DNA of 34,662 nt from Parvularia atlantis (Eukaryota), in contig CALSCO010000187.1 of the NCBI GenBank assembly GCA_943704415.1, positions 1 to 34,662 of the forward strand, read 5' to 3'. Position numbers and translations under genes: made by a program. Below the pieces are notes generated by a model. The model ran no database searches. It saw nothing but the letters and a program-made list of their open reading frames with translations, and was not told where the DNA came from. Positions within the stretch are counted from its first letter, which is position 1, and every line of letters begins with the position of its first letter. Below, piece after piece: positions 1-11,385 of the stretch.

Positions 1-3000
1 GCGGGCTACTCGCTGTGCTACTCGACGACGTACGGCGCGACGTTCTACGAGGGCACTGAGCGGCGGCGTGCGCCTGCGGACAACGGGTTTACGGCGCAGA
101 CGAACGTCGTGCTGACGATTGTGCCGCCGCCGGCGACGATCCTGACGCTATCGTCTCTGGCCCCGAGCCTGTTCCTGGTGGGCGTGTCGGGCCAGTCGTT
201 CTCCGTGACGGGCGCGATGCCGTCGTCGCTCAGCCAGTTTGGCATTATCCCGTTCAACAGCGACTGCGCGCCGACCGAGTTTGTGACCGTGACCTACACC
301 GTGCTGCAGCTTAACACGACCTTCACGGTCTCCCCGGTGATCGCGCGTGCGGGCTCGTACACGGTCTGCTTCACGTCGTCGGGCGGGCAGACGTGGCTGC
401 GCCAGGCCAACATCCTGCTGGACCTGATCGCAGCGCCCGCGACGGCGACGACGGCCACGCGCGTGACGCCTTCGACGGTGCAGCGCGGCACGCGTGTGCA
501 GCTCACGTTCGAGGGCCTTGTGCCGTCAGCAATGACGTATGTCTCCTTCGCGCTCGCCGACACGCTCGGCCGCGCCGACTGCAAGAACGACCTGGTTGTG
601 CTCAAGCTCGACTCGGACAACTTCACGCTGCCGGTCGTGTTTGTCAACACGGGCATCTACCACATCTGCCTTTCAACCGACGGTGGCCAGACATTCTTCG
701 AGCAGGTCATCCCGCAGTCGTTCATCGCCGTCACCGGTGCGCTCGGCAGGGTGCTTCTGGCGCGTGCTGACGTTGCGCACGCGGCACAGCCTCAATCCCG
801 CCGCCGAGCACGCCGACGCCTCTGCCAGCCGTGGCGCTCTACTACCGGTGCGCCCTGTGATGCCTGCCTGCCACAGTTGACGACTTAAACCGCGACCAGG
901 AACCGACGGTGGTTCGCCGACCTGGCGATCGCGACCGTGCGCCTGTTGGTGTTCGACAGCGGCCAGCAGGTAGTGTTCGCCGTCAACCTGACCAAGTGCG
1001 CCACCGGCACGCTCGACGACTTTTGGACTGCGCGCGTCGTGCCGCCGATGGCGTCCGGCCCCGGCGTCGGCTTCATCGTGCGCGCGTACGCGGCTGACGA
1101 GGTGCGTGCTTGCCGTGCGCATGAGCCATCATCGCTCATGAGCCCACGCGCGCACAGACGGTCTTGGCGAGCGACACGAGCGTGTGCGACACCAACGCGA
1201 CCTACCCGACTGTGCGCGCACACGTCCGCCAGTCTCGCTGTGCCCGCCTCATTGTTGCATAATCGCGCAGCTGAACACGTACAGCTCGGCGACGCTGCTC
1301 GACTCGCACACGCAGGGCTGCGGTGGCCAGCTGACGACGGGCTTCAACGGGCGCTTTACAAGCGCGCCTGCGAGCTGTGCCGCGCCAGCCGACCCGCTCA
1401 CCACGTCGACGACGACGCTGCTGTACAGGTGCGTGCACACGCGAGGCGTGCCTTGCGGCGTTTCTGACGTCCTCGTGCGCAGGAACGCGTTCTGGGCCAG
1501 CGAGCAAGACGGCAGCGGCACGCCTGTGCGCTCGGTGTCGGTGGAGATCTGGGCCGGCGACGAGACTCTGTCGCGCACGCCGCTCTTCTTGTGCGACAAC
1601 TCGGACTACTTTGTGGCGACGCTGCAGATGCCGCTTGAGGGCCTCGTGCGCGCCAACACGACGCGGCTGCGCATCATCGGCTGGGCCAACGCCAACTGTG
1701 CGTCGCCTGGGCGCGTCTGCCAGCACTGACCGCCCCGACGGTGCGCAGACACGCAGCAGCAGAGCACCGACTCGCGTGACTGCGACGAGGGCAACGGCTA
1801 CCCGGCCGACGTGCGCAACCCGTGCGTGCATCGCCTGATATGCCGCTGACGTGCTGGTGGCGGCAGGCGATCAACTGGGCGGCAGCGATCAATGTGTTTG
1901 AGGCGCGCTTCACCGAGGGCAACAACTTCTGCCAGGCGCGCACGTCGACCGCGACCTCCGCTCGTGCGTGAGCACACTTTGTGGGCGCTACAGGGCTACG
2001 CTTACTGCTGCACGCTGCAGTGGCCCAGAGCTACTGCAAGAGCGCGCCACCGCCGACCACGAGCGTCTCGTACCGGTGCGCATTGCGTTGTGGACGCACG
2101 CGTGCGCTCTTGCTGAGCGAAGTGAGCCGCATAGGAACATCGCGTGGTACGGCAACGTCTCGGCGGTGGCCATGGTTACGTACTCGTCCGCCAACGCCGC
2201 CTTCACGCCGTTCGTTACACGGCTGCAACAGTTTGGAAGCTCCTGCTGGACCGGCAACGTGGCCGCCGTGGCGCCCAATGCGGCTGTGCAGCAGGTGCGG
2301 CTAGCACGATCGTGCTCGCTGGCGGGCTGATGGCGATGCGCCCGCGTGTGTGCAGTTTATCCTTGTGGGCTACTCGGCCAGCGGCGAGGCCAAGACGTGG
2401 GACCGCGCCGGCTGCACTCTGCGGCCGCACCAGGTGCAAACTCGAGCTCGGGCGCTTGCACAGAGGCTGACACCCCCATCAGGCAAACTTTGGCAACGCG
2501 CTCACGACTATTGACAACATCCAAGCCTCTGGCTGCGACAGCCCTCCGGCTATCAACACGTTCGGTGCGCCGCCTAGGCAGCGCAAGGCGCGAATGCGTG
2601 TTGCTCATGCTGCGATCGCGAAGCGCTGAGCAGGACCGACTGCGCGGTGAGCACGCTCGTACCTGGTGCGCCGAAAAGCAGCCGCTGTGCGTCGCGCGGC
2701 TGACACGCGGCGCTGTGGACACGCGCAGAATGCCCCGCAAACTGCACAACGTGCCAATATGACCGCCTCAACAACTCGGTGCCCTACATTTCGTGCAGCT
2801 CGTGCTTTGCTGGGTTCGAGCCGATCAACAACGGCGCGGCATGCACTCCTTCAGCCTTTCAGAAGGTACAGGCGCCGACGTGGCTCACAATCGTCATCCT
2901 GGGCGCCTACGCAACGCTCGTCGCCGCGTGCTACTTCTTCTTGCGCCGTCGCCGCCCGAGCGCGTACAACATGCGTTTCGTGGCCGCGAGCCTGAGCCTG

Positions 3001-4345
3001 TTTGACCTCGGCATCGACACGGTGTGCGCCGTTGCCGCACGTTCTCGACAGCTGATGGTCCTGCGTGCCGCGCAGGCCTTCGTGATCACGGTCGCCAGCG
3101 ATCCGAAGCTGCACCCGGCTGTGATGGTCATCGCGATTATACTGCTCGCGGGCCCGTTCCTGGCCAACCTGAGCGTGTTCATCTGGGTGCGCCGTCTGCT
3201 GTCGTGCGGGACTCGTTGGCCTGCTGACCCCGACGTGCCTGCAAGATCGTCCGCACCGAGGCACTCGAGCGGGACGAGTTCGCAAAGTGGCTGCGCAGCC
3301 AGGCGACGGTCGGCGCCGGCATCATCGTGCTCTCGGGCAAGAGCCCCGAGACGTTCTTCCTGCTGGACAGCGACATCCTCGACGTGCGCCGCCGGCGTGT
3401 GGGGTGGCCGTGTGCTCATCCAGCTGTGCGCAGATGGCCTCGTTCAAGGCGCCGATCTCGGACGACGCGAGCACGCGCGTGCGCAACCTGGCCTTCTACT
3501 CGTCGTTCTTCGAGGCCATCCCGCAGCTGTGCCTGCAGGTGCCGCACGTCGTCTGTCGTGTGCGTCGTGCCAACGCCTCGCCGCGCAGATCTACGTCGCG
3601 ACTGCCGTCGGCTGGGACCTGATCACGACGCTGTCGATCGTCTCGGGCGTACTGCTGTTCAGTGCGTGTCGTCGTTGTGCGGCGTGTGCTCGCTGCTGAC
3701 GCCCGGCGCGCAGTGTTCACGGTTGTGCGTCGGCTGATCATCGTCGTTGCGCACCAGACCAAGGGCGGCGCCAAGCGCGATCGTGACAGCGTCGTCTTCC
3801 TGCAGTCGTACGCCAGGAACGACCTCGAGATGTCGACGACGGCCGGCACGCTGCCCGACACGCGCGCGTCGGCCTCGCTGTCTGCGGTCGACCTGACGCC
3901 GGTCACGCCGCCGGCCGTCGTGGACCTGCCCCCGCCTGCTGTCGCCAAACCTGTGGCACCTGCGCCGTCGACCACCCCGCCGCCGCCGCAGCGTCCGCGG
4001 TCCGAGCTGCCGCCAGCGCAGTCGCAGCCGCCGCCGCAAGTGCAGCGTCCGTACTCGCAAACGTCGCCATCTGCTCAGGCCCAGCAGACGTTCCTCCTGT
4101 CGCACTCGTACGACCGCGAGCAGGAGCTGGGTGGCTCGAGGATCGTGCGCCCGGCGCCGATGAACGCGGTCGGCCATCCGCTGCGCAGGTCGGCCAACCC
4201 CGCGCCCGACATGCACCCGACCGCGCAGCGGCTGGCCATGATGGCGGCCCGCACCCCCGCACCGCCACCCCCGCTCACCAACACCACGCCGAACGGTCGG
4301 TCATCGAATGCCGGCTCACTCCGCGGCGAAGACTACCTCTACTGA
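1..4345 (+). CDS. Large multi-exon membrane protein (5' truncated): Ig/IPT-like repeats, Cys-rich furin-like module, multi-pass XK-related-like TM region, Pro-rich cytoplasmic tail
   Basis: Open from base 1. Three ~100-aa units end in GYSLCYSTTYGATF, GSYTVCFTSSGGQTW and GIYHICLSTDGGQTF. Then come CPANCTTCQ..CSSCFAGFEPINNGAAC and several hydrophobic helices with FDLGIDT and FFEAIPQLCLQ. Short introns restore the frame (e.g. 737-789). Stop TGA at 4343-4345. Confidence 0.75.
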
Positions 4346-4528
4346 TGTGTGCTCTGCCATCTTGAACCTGTCCCCCGTAATGCCATTGTCGCTCTTCCGG
4401 CTCACGCTTTATTTCGCCACCTTGCGGCGGCGGCGGCGAGCCATCATCAAAAGGCGGAACGGCCGCGAGGGCTCATCCCATTTGTATGGGCTTTTCGGGG
4501 CGGGAGTGCGACGTGCGCGAGGCGACGG

Positions 4529-4580
4529 CGGGACGGAGGCGGGAGGGCGGGGACGGAGGCGGGAGGGAGTGACGGGGAGG
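4529..4580 (+). repeat. G-rich imperfect tandem duplication (GGGACGGAGGCGGGAGGG x2), G-quadruplex-capable, between convergent genes
   Basis: gcgggacggaggcgggagggcggggacggaggcgggagggagtgacggggagg contains at least 6 GGG runs. Confidence 0.55.
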
Positions 4581-4697
4581 CTGTACAGCATAGCATAGGC
4601 GGCAGCAGGCAGGCAGACAGGAGCAGAGGCGGCAGAAGGCTAGCAGTACATGAAGAAGGTGTCCCGTGTCGCGCGGCGCGCACCCGACGTCGCCGCT

Positions 4698-6705
4698 CTA
4701 GATCGTGTACAGAGCCTTGTCGATCTCGCGCGGGATGGCCTTGATCTCCGTGCCGAGCTCGCGCTCAACGCGGTAAAGGGCCTCGCGGTCGTCGTTCGTG
4801 ATGAAGTTGATCGCAATGCCGAGGTGCCTGGGCGCACGCCGCGTCAGCTCATTATCGTATGCGCGCCCGCCCGCCCGCAGCACCGCACCCGAAGCGCCCG
4901 CTGCGGCCGATGCGGTGCAGGTACGTCTCCGAGAAGCGCGGAAAGTCAAAGTTGATGACGACGTTCACGGCCTGAATGTCGATGCCGCGCGAGAAGACGT
5001 CTGCGGGCCGGTGCGGCTCAGCATGGCACGCCCGGCACGCCTAGCACCCGGCACGCACCGGTGCACACGAGGTTGCGGCAGGCGCCGCTACGAAAGTCGT
5101 GGAAGACCCTGCTGCGCTGCGACTGGATCATCTTCGAGTGGATGTAGAAGCCTGCGAGCGCGTGAGTGAGGGCCGCGGGCACGCCGGCGGGCGGAGGGCG
5201 CACAGGAGTAGCCCAGCTCGGTGATCTTGCGCGCAAGGAGCTCGACGCGGTTGGTGGAGTTGCAGAAGATGATCGACTGGTTGATTTGCAGCTGCGCGCA
5301 CAGAGGCGTTAGCACGCGTCTGCGCCAATGCCGCCGCGCGCACCTTGGAGAAGAGCGTGTTGAGGCACTGCACCTTCTGGCGCTCGTCGACAAAGGCGTA
5401 AAACTGGGTGATGCCGCGCAGCGTGAGCTCGTCCATCAGGTTGATGCGGTGCGGCTTCTTGAGCCTGCGTGTGTGCGCGCGCGTGGTGAGCCGGGGGAGC
5501 AGACGTGCGCGTGTGCTGCGGCTGCAGCTGCGTACCAGCGGTTCGTGAACGCCTCGACCGTCTCGGGGAAGGTCGCCGAGTAGAGCAGGATCTGCCGGTT
5601 GGCGGGCGTCATGCGCAGGAGCGCCTCGATGTCGTCCTGGAACTCGGGCGACAGCAGCTTGTCCGCCTGCGCACCGCACGTCAGCCGCACGTCACACGCG
5701 CGCAGTGGACCGCGCACCTCGTCCATCACCACGATCTGGCAGTTGTCGAGCTTGGCGATGCCGCGCGTGGCCAGGTCCTTGACGCGCCCGGGCGTGCCGA
5801 CGACGATGTGCACTGAGTGGCACGTCAACAAGCATCGCTCACGGACGGCTGACGGCGGCGGCGGCGCGCACCGGTTTGCCCGAGGCGCAGGATGTCCTCC
5901 TTGAGGTCGGTGCCGCCGGTCGAGACCATGACCTCGAGCCCGACGTGCTTTGACAGCTGTTTGCACACCTGCGCCGTCTGCATCGTGAGCTCGCGCGCAG
6001 GGACGAGCACGAGGGCTGTGCGCAGCGCAGTCCGCGATCAGCTGCAGCACAAGCGAGCGAGCGGCACGCGCACCCTGGATGTGCTTCTTGTCCTTGCTGC
6101 ACTTCTCGATCACGGGGATAAGGTACGCCGCGGTCTTGCCGGTGCCGTTCTTGGCGCGCGCGAGGATGTCATATCCGGACAGGGCGATTGGTATGCTCTC
6201 CTGCAGGCCCCGTGCCGCACGTCAGCGCCCGGTGCAGGACGCAGCGAGCACGGCCGTGACGCGCCTCCTGGATGGGCGACGGCCGTTCAAAGCCCATCTC
6301 GTAGATGCCCATCAGCAGCTCGCGCTTGAGGATAAAGTCCTCAAACTCGTTTCCCTTGGTCAGCGTCACGTCCTGCGGCATGCCGCGCGTCGCACGTCAG
6401 CGGTGCGCCAACCCTCAGCGCCTTCGCGAATTCGCGTGACGTGCCTCGGTCTTGACGCGCGTGTCCCTGGCCGGCGCCTTGAGCCCGTCGCGCCAGCCCT
6501 CGCCCGTGCTGCTGCCGTGCGCGCGCGTGAGCCGGCCGGCACCCCCCGCGCGCGACACAGCGCCGACGCACGCGCTTGTGGCGGGCGGTGACGTGCTTGA
6601 GGTGCTGACGGCGGCCAGCGGCGGCAGCAGCGACACCGCGCCAGCCGGGGCAGGTGGCCGTGACGGGGATGGACGTGCCGGCTGGGCGGCGCTGGCGTAG
6701 GACAT
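4698..6705 (-). CDS. DDX6: DEAD-box RNA helicase DDX6/Dhh1 (about 11 introns)
   Basis: Spliced product: [114 protein letters not shown] at 6705, TAG at 4698-4700. Confidence 0.97.
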
Positions 6706-6850
6706 CGGATGGCCTGCGGATGGGTCGGGTGGACGGCGGATGGGCTAAAGAACGTGGAGCGGATGGACGCTGGCGAAAGCATGTATCAAACTCGTTTAGC
6801 CTTTCATCTTCAGCGGTGCTCTGTACATTAGGCGCTGCACCATCACTTCT

Positions 6851-9800
6851 TCACGAGCGCGGCGCGACCTTGCACAGGTCGCCGATCTGGCGCATGAGCA
6901 GGTCGCCGTTGCCAAACTGGATGATGACGTCGTTGCCGTCCTGGTTCATGAACAGGCCGTCGCGCCCCTTGGACGACCCGCGCAGCACCCGCACTGTGTC
7001 GTCCACCACGGGCTGCACCGGCTGCACCACGTCCTGCGACGCGCGCACGAGCTGCTTGTCGTCGAGCAGGTACAGCAGCACCTGCGGGGCACGTGCGCGT
7101 CAGACGGGGCACGACACGGCACGCGGCACGCACCGAGCCGTCGCCGTACACCTCACGCACGGCGCCGTGCTGCATGCGGTAGAGCCCGCTCGCGTCCTTG
7201 ACCTCGAGCCCGACCGACAGCCACGCCTCCTCTGCGCGCGCACCGGCGGCGTCAGCGCTGACCAGCCGTGCGTGCGCGACAGGGGCAGACGCACCGTCGC
7301 TCGGACGCGGCGTATACGCGTCGTACGGCGTGGCCGGCGCCGACGCGCTCGCGACCGACGAGGCGCCCGGCGTCTGCGGCGCGGGCGTGCCGTATGCCGA
7401 CGACGCCGCCGACGGCGTGGCTGGCACAGCGCCGCCGGGCGTCTCCGGGTTTGCGTAGCCGTAGCCGGGCGTGGCGGGGTTGCGCGAGGACGCGGGCGTG
7501 CCGGCCTCGCTCGGATACGGGCTCGTCGGGTTGTCGAGGCCCGGCGTGCTCTGCGGCTCAAGCCCCGTCAGCGCCCGGCAGCAGGCAGAAGCGCGCACGC
7601 GCGCACCGGGTACGCGCGCGGCGTCGGTTGGTCGCGGTCCTCCCACGCGGCCGGCGTCGTCACGGCGGGCGTGCGCGGCTCCCAGGCCGGCGTGCGGCCG
7701 CCCGCGTCCCAGCTCGGCGTCTGCGCTTGCTGTTTGCGCAGGCGTTCATCAGCGGCCAGCACAGCACGGCACAGCCACCAACAGCGCGCACGCACCCAGG
7801 CCGGCGTGCGCCCGCCACTTGTGCCGTCGTGCATCGGCGTGCGCCCGCCCGCGCCGCCGTACATGGGCGTCTGCGAGCCCGCGTAGCCGGCGTGCATCGG
7901 CGTCTGCGCACCCGCGTAGCCCGCATGCAAGGGCGTCTGGCCGCCGCCAAAGCTCTGGCGCGCGGCGTACTGCGACGACCCCGAGGCGACGCTGCACGAA
8001 ACGTCAGGCACATACGCGCGCGCTGCGTACGAGCAGCGGCGCACCCGCGGCCGGCCTCGACCAGTGTTTCGTTCGGCACGGAGATGTGCTTGTTCTTGCT
8101 GTGGAGCTCCACACGCGCGGTCGTCTCGTTGATCTCGGTCACGATGCCCGCGTAGCCCTTGAACGGGCCCTTGGTGACGATGACCGACTTTTGCAGCAGC
8201 GGGTGCATGCCGCGTCCTGCGCGCCCGCCGTGAGCGCGCAGGAGCACGACGTGCACGTCACACACCACGGCCAGCACCGCCCGCGCCGCGCCCGCCCATC
8301 CGCGAGAACGGCGTCCCCGGCACGGCAAAGATCGGTGCGTTGGCCGGCCCGCTGCGCCCGCGCGGGTAGTCAGCACCACACCTGCGTCGGCGGCGGCGAC
8401 GGCGACGGCGGCCCACGCACGTGCTCCCGACGAGCGTCAGGTTGCGCGCGTTGGCCACAAACATGCCGCCGTTCTCGACCATGTCGGTCGTGTGCACAAA
8501 GATGTACTGCCGGAACACGTGCAGGATCTTCCCGCGACGGCCCTGCGTGCGTCCACGCGTCAGCGCGCTGACGCCAGAACGCACAGCCCGCCGCGCACCT
8601 TGTACTGCCCGTCGATCACCTGCACCGTGTCACCTGCGCGGATCTGGTTCGAGTGCAGGTCGGTCGCGCGCGCCTGGCGCGAGTCGCGCCGCTTCTGGAT
8701 TTCTTGCGGCCGCACGTTCGACACCTTGCCGAGCTGGTCGAGCACGAGGAACGAGTCCTTCTCGACGCGGATGATGACCGCGACGGTCGTCGGGCTGCGC
8801 ACGCCGTGAGCAGCGCCGGCGCAGTGCGATGCTGCACGCACTTGAGCTGCACCAGGTCGCGCACGTCAAACACCGTGTTGGTCTTGCTCGCGCCCGTCGA
8901 CACGTCGTCCGTGCGCTGCAGGTCCTTGCCAAACACTTGGATCTGGCGACGCACCGTCAGCACATCCACGCCCACGCCCACGCCCTGACGCGCATATGTA
9001 CCTCCTGCAGCGAGATGTCGGTAAAGAGCGTGACGATCTGGTTCTGGATGTTGACAATCACGCCCGTCTGGCCCTCGAACCGGCCGGCGATGACCTTGAC
9101 GTGGTCGCCGCTCAGGAAGAATTTTTGCAGCTCGCTCGGCACAAACTTATACAGTTGCTGCACACGCGCGCGCACGGCCGTGGTCAGCAACGGCAAACGG
9201 CACCACGCGGGAACGCACCCCGTCGTACGACACGTAGACGATGTCGTCGGTGACGCTGTCGACGACACCAACGAGGCCGATGACGTCGCCCTCGATCGCG
9301 CGCACGTTGTCGCCCTTGTGGAACGTGGTGTGCGCCTCGGTCTGCAGCGTCTTGGCCAGATCGAGCGAGCCTACGACGGCGTGTCAGCCGCGAGCGACAC
9401 AAAGCAGGCGGAGACGACGCACGGTCCGCGCCAGCCGCGCCGTCCTCGTTGCTGCGTGAGCCCTGGAACTTGGCCACCTCGTCCAGCGTCGGATTGACGT
9501 TCTCGGTCGCCTGGGACGCTTGTGAGGCGAGGCGCAGAAACGCCGCGCCGCTGACGCACCACGATCGACACGTTGACGACCTTGTGCAGGTACCCGTCGC
9601 GGAAGCGCTGGCCGTCAAACACGACGTAGCCGCCCGACTTGCTGATGTAGTTGGCAAAGCCCTGTGCACTGTCGGTCGCGCACAAGGCGTCAACTCGCTC
9701 ACCAGACTGGGTCGCGCACGCACGCGACGGCCTGCTCGTTGAAGAACTGCGACGCGACGCGGTTGGCCGTCTTCTTGCGCTTGCCCCGGCCCTGTACGCG

Positions 9801-11233
9801 CGGCATGCGTTGTGAGTCGCAAGCGCCGCGCTGTGTTGCGAGCGCGCGCGCACGTTCGACTCCTTCAGCCCGAGGTGCTTCTCGCGGATCGCGTTGAGGT
9901 CGAGCCGCGGCACGAGCTTGATCGTGATCGTGTTGGTGCTCTTGTCCTCGTTCATGTCGACGATCTGCGCCAGGTCGCCCGCGTACGGCCCGCGCTGGAC
10001 GCGCACCCACTGGTCCTGCGAGCGCTCTGCGTGAGGTAGTGCGTTCACGGCGACGCGAGCCCGCGCACCTTGGCCAGCGCCTTGGACTTGATGCTGCGCA
10101 CGTTGAGCACGTCGACCATCTCCTTCTCGGGCACGGGCTGGACGGACGACTGGCGCAGGCCGATGATGCCGTAGACGGCCTCGGTCACGTGGCTCTTCAT
10201 CGTCGCCTCGACGTAGATCGCGCCCTTGATGTGCTCGACGGCGACGGCGGCCGTGATCTCGAGCTTGCCGGGCATGGCAAGGCTTTTGTGCATGAGCTGC
10301 AGCGCAAACTCGCGCTCGCGGCCGCGCTGTGCCGTGCGGCATCAGCAGCAGCAGCAGCAGCGATGGCAAGCGACGACAATGCGCGCGCGCACCGTGCACT
10401 TGACCAGGAATAGCGACGGGTCGCCGGCCGCGCGGTTCGGCAGCAGCAGCGCGTCGGCCGTCTGGCCCTCCTCGACCGCGTACTCGGCGCGCGAGAGCGC
10501 GTTGTAGTTGCGGTAGCGGTCGGTCACCTCACGCGCGATTTTCTGCAGCTTTGGCGTCAGCCATCGGGCGCGGCTCCGCCACGGCCATCGACGCGCCTCC
10601 ACGTCCAGCTCCTGCTCGCGGCTCTCGGCGACGTCGCGCGCGCGGATGTCGAGCAGGTTGCGCCCAGCCTCGAGCGCCTCCTCCTGCTCGTCGACCTCTG
10701 CGCTGTCGCCGTTAGCTTGGACGGACGTCCCACGACAAGCCGCTCCAACGCACGGTCTTCCTCGTCCTCGCCCTCGTCCTCGTCGTCCTCATCCTCGCTG
10801 TCCTTCACGTCGGCCTTGTCGAGGACGAACTTGCTCGTGCGCGGCCGTTTGCCGCCTGGTTGGCCGTCTGAGCCACGCGGGGACCCCCATTCGCAAAAGG
10901 CGGCGCCGCACCCCGCTCGGCCCGCGGGCGCTTCGTGGCGCGGCTCGTGCGCGCGTCGTCGTCGCCGTCCTCCTCCCCGTCCTCCTCGTCGTCGTCCCCC
11001 TCGTCCTCCTCGTCCTCGTTCTCCTCGTCCTCGTCCTCGTCGTCCGACGGCGGGCGCACGGCGTGGGCCAGGTGCTTACCGGCGCCGTACGACTTGCCGC
11101 CTGCGGCACGGGCGCTCAGCACAACGACACTGCGTAACACAGGCCGCGCCGCACCCGTCGTCGGCCGTGGCGCGGGCGCCGGCGCCGTGCCGAGCGCGTC
11201 GGCGAGCGTCGGCAGCGCGCGTTCGCGGTACAT
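6851..11233 (-). CDS. SPT5: Transcription elongation factor SPT5 (about 20 introns)
   Basis: Acidic N-terminus; NGN domain (DPSLFLVKC, KGAIYVEA); KOW motifs (WVRVQRGPYAGDLAQI, GDHVKVIAGRFEGQTGVI, VIVTKGPFKGYAGIV); CTR repeats (GSQTPMY, GGRTPAW); C-terminal KOW ending KVAPRS*. Start ATG 11233 is the best candidate. Confidence 0.96.
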
Positions 11234-11385
11234 CCACGTGGCCGGCGCTCTCTGCGCTGTCAGGCAAACTCCGGCATGCTGCCTAGTTTTGCATTGTTGA
11301 TTGCAGCGATCTCCGGCATGCTGGGATGCGCGGGGATGAATATGAGAGAAGAGTGCGACATGCTGAGATTCGTGCGGAGGCGGAC
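11234..11385. promoter_or_regulatory. Probable bidirectional promoter between SPT5 and the carboxypeptidase (152 bp)
   Basis: Head-to-head ATGs at 11233 (-) and 11386 (+), with a lower-GC spacer. Confidence 0.55.

Noticed and set aside
10800..10835. SPT5 FVLDKADVKD where orthologues have FILDEADVDD (possible A-to-I editing or code change)
   Set aside because: It is an isolated case; AAG behaves as Lys at conserved positions elsewhere (e.g. the Walker A lysines). Ordinary divergence is sufficient.
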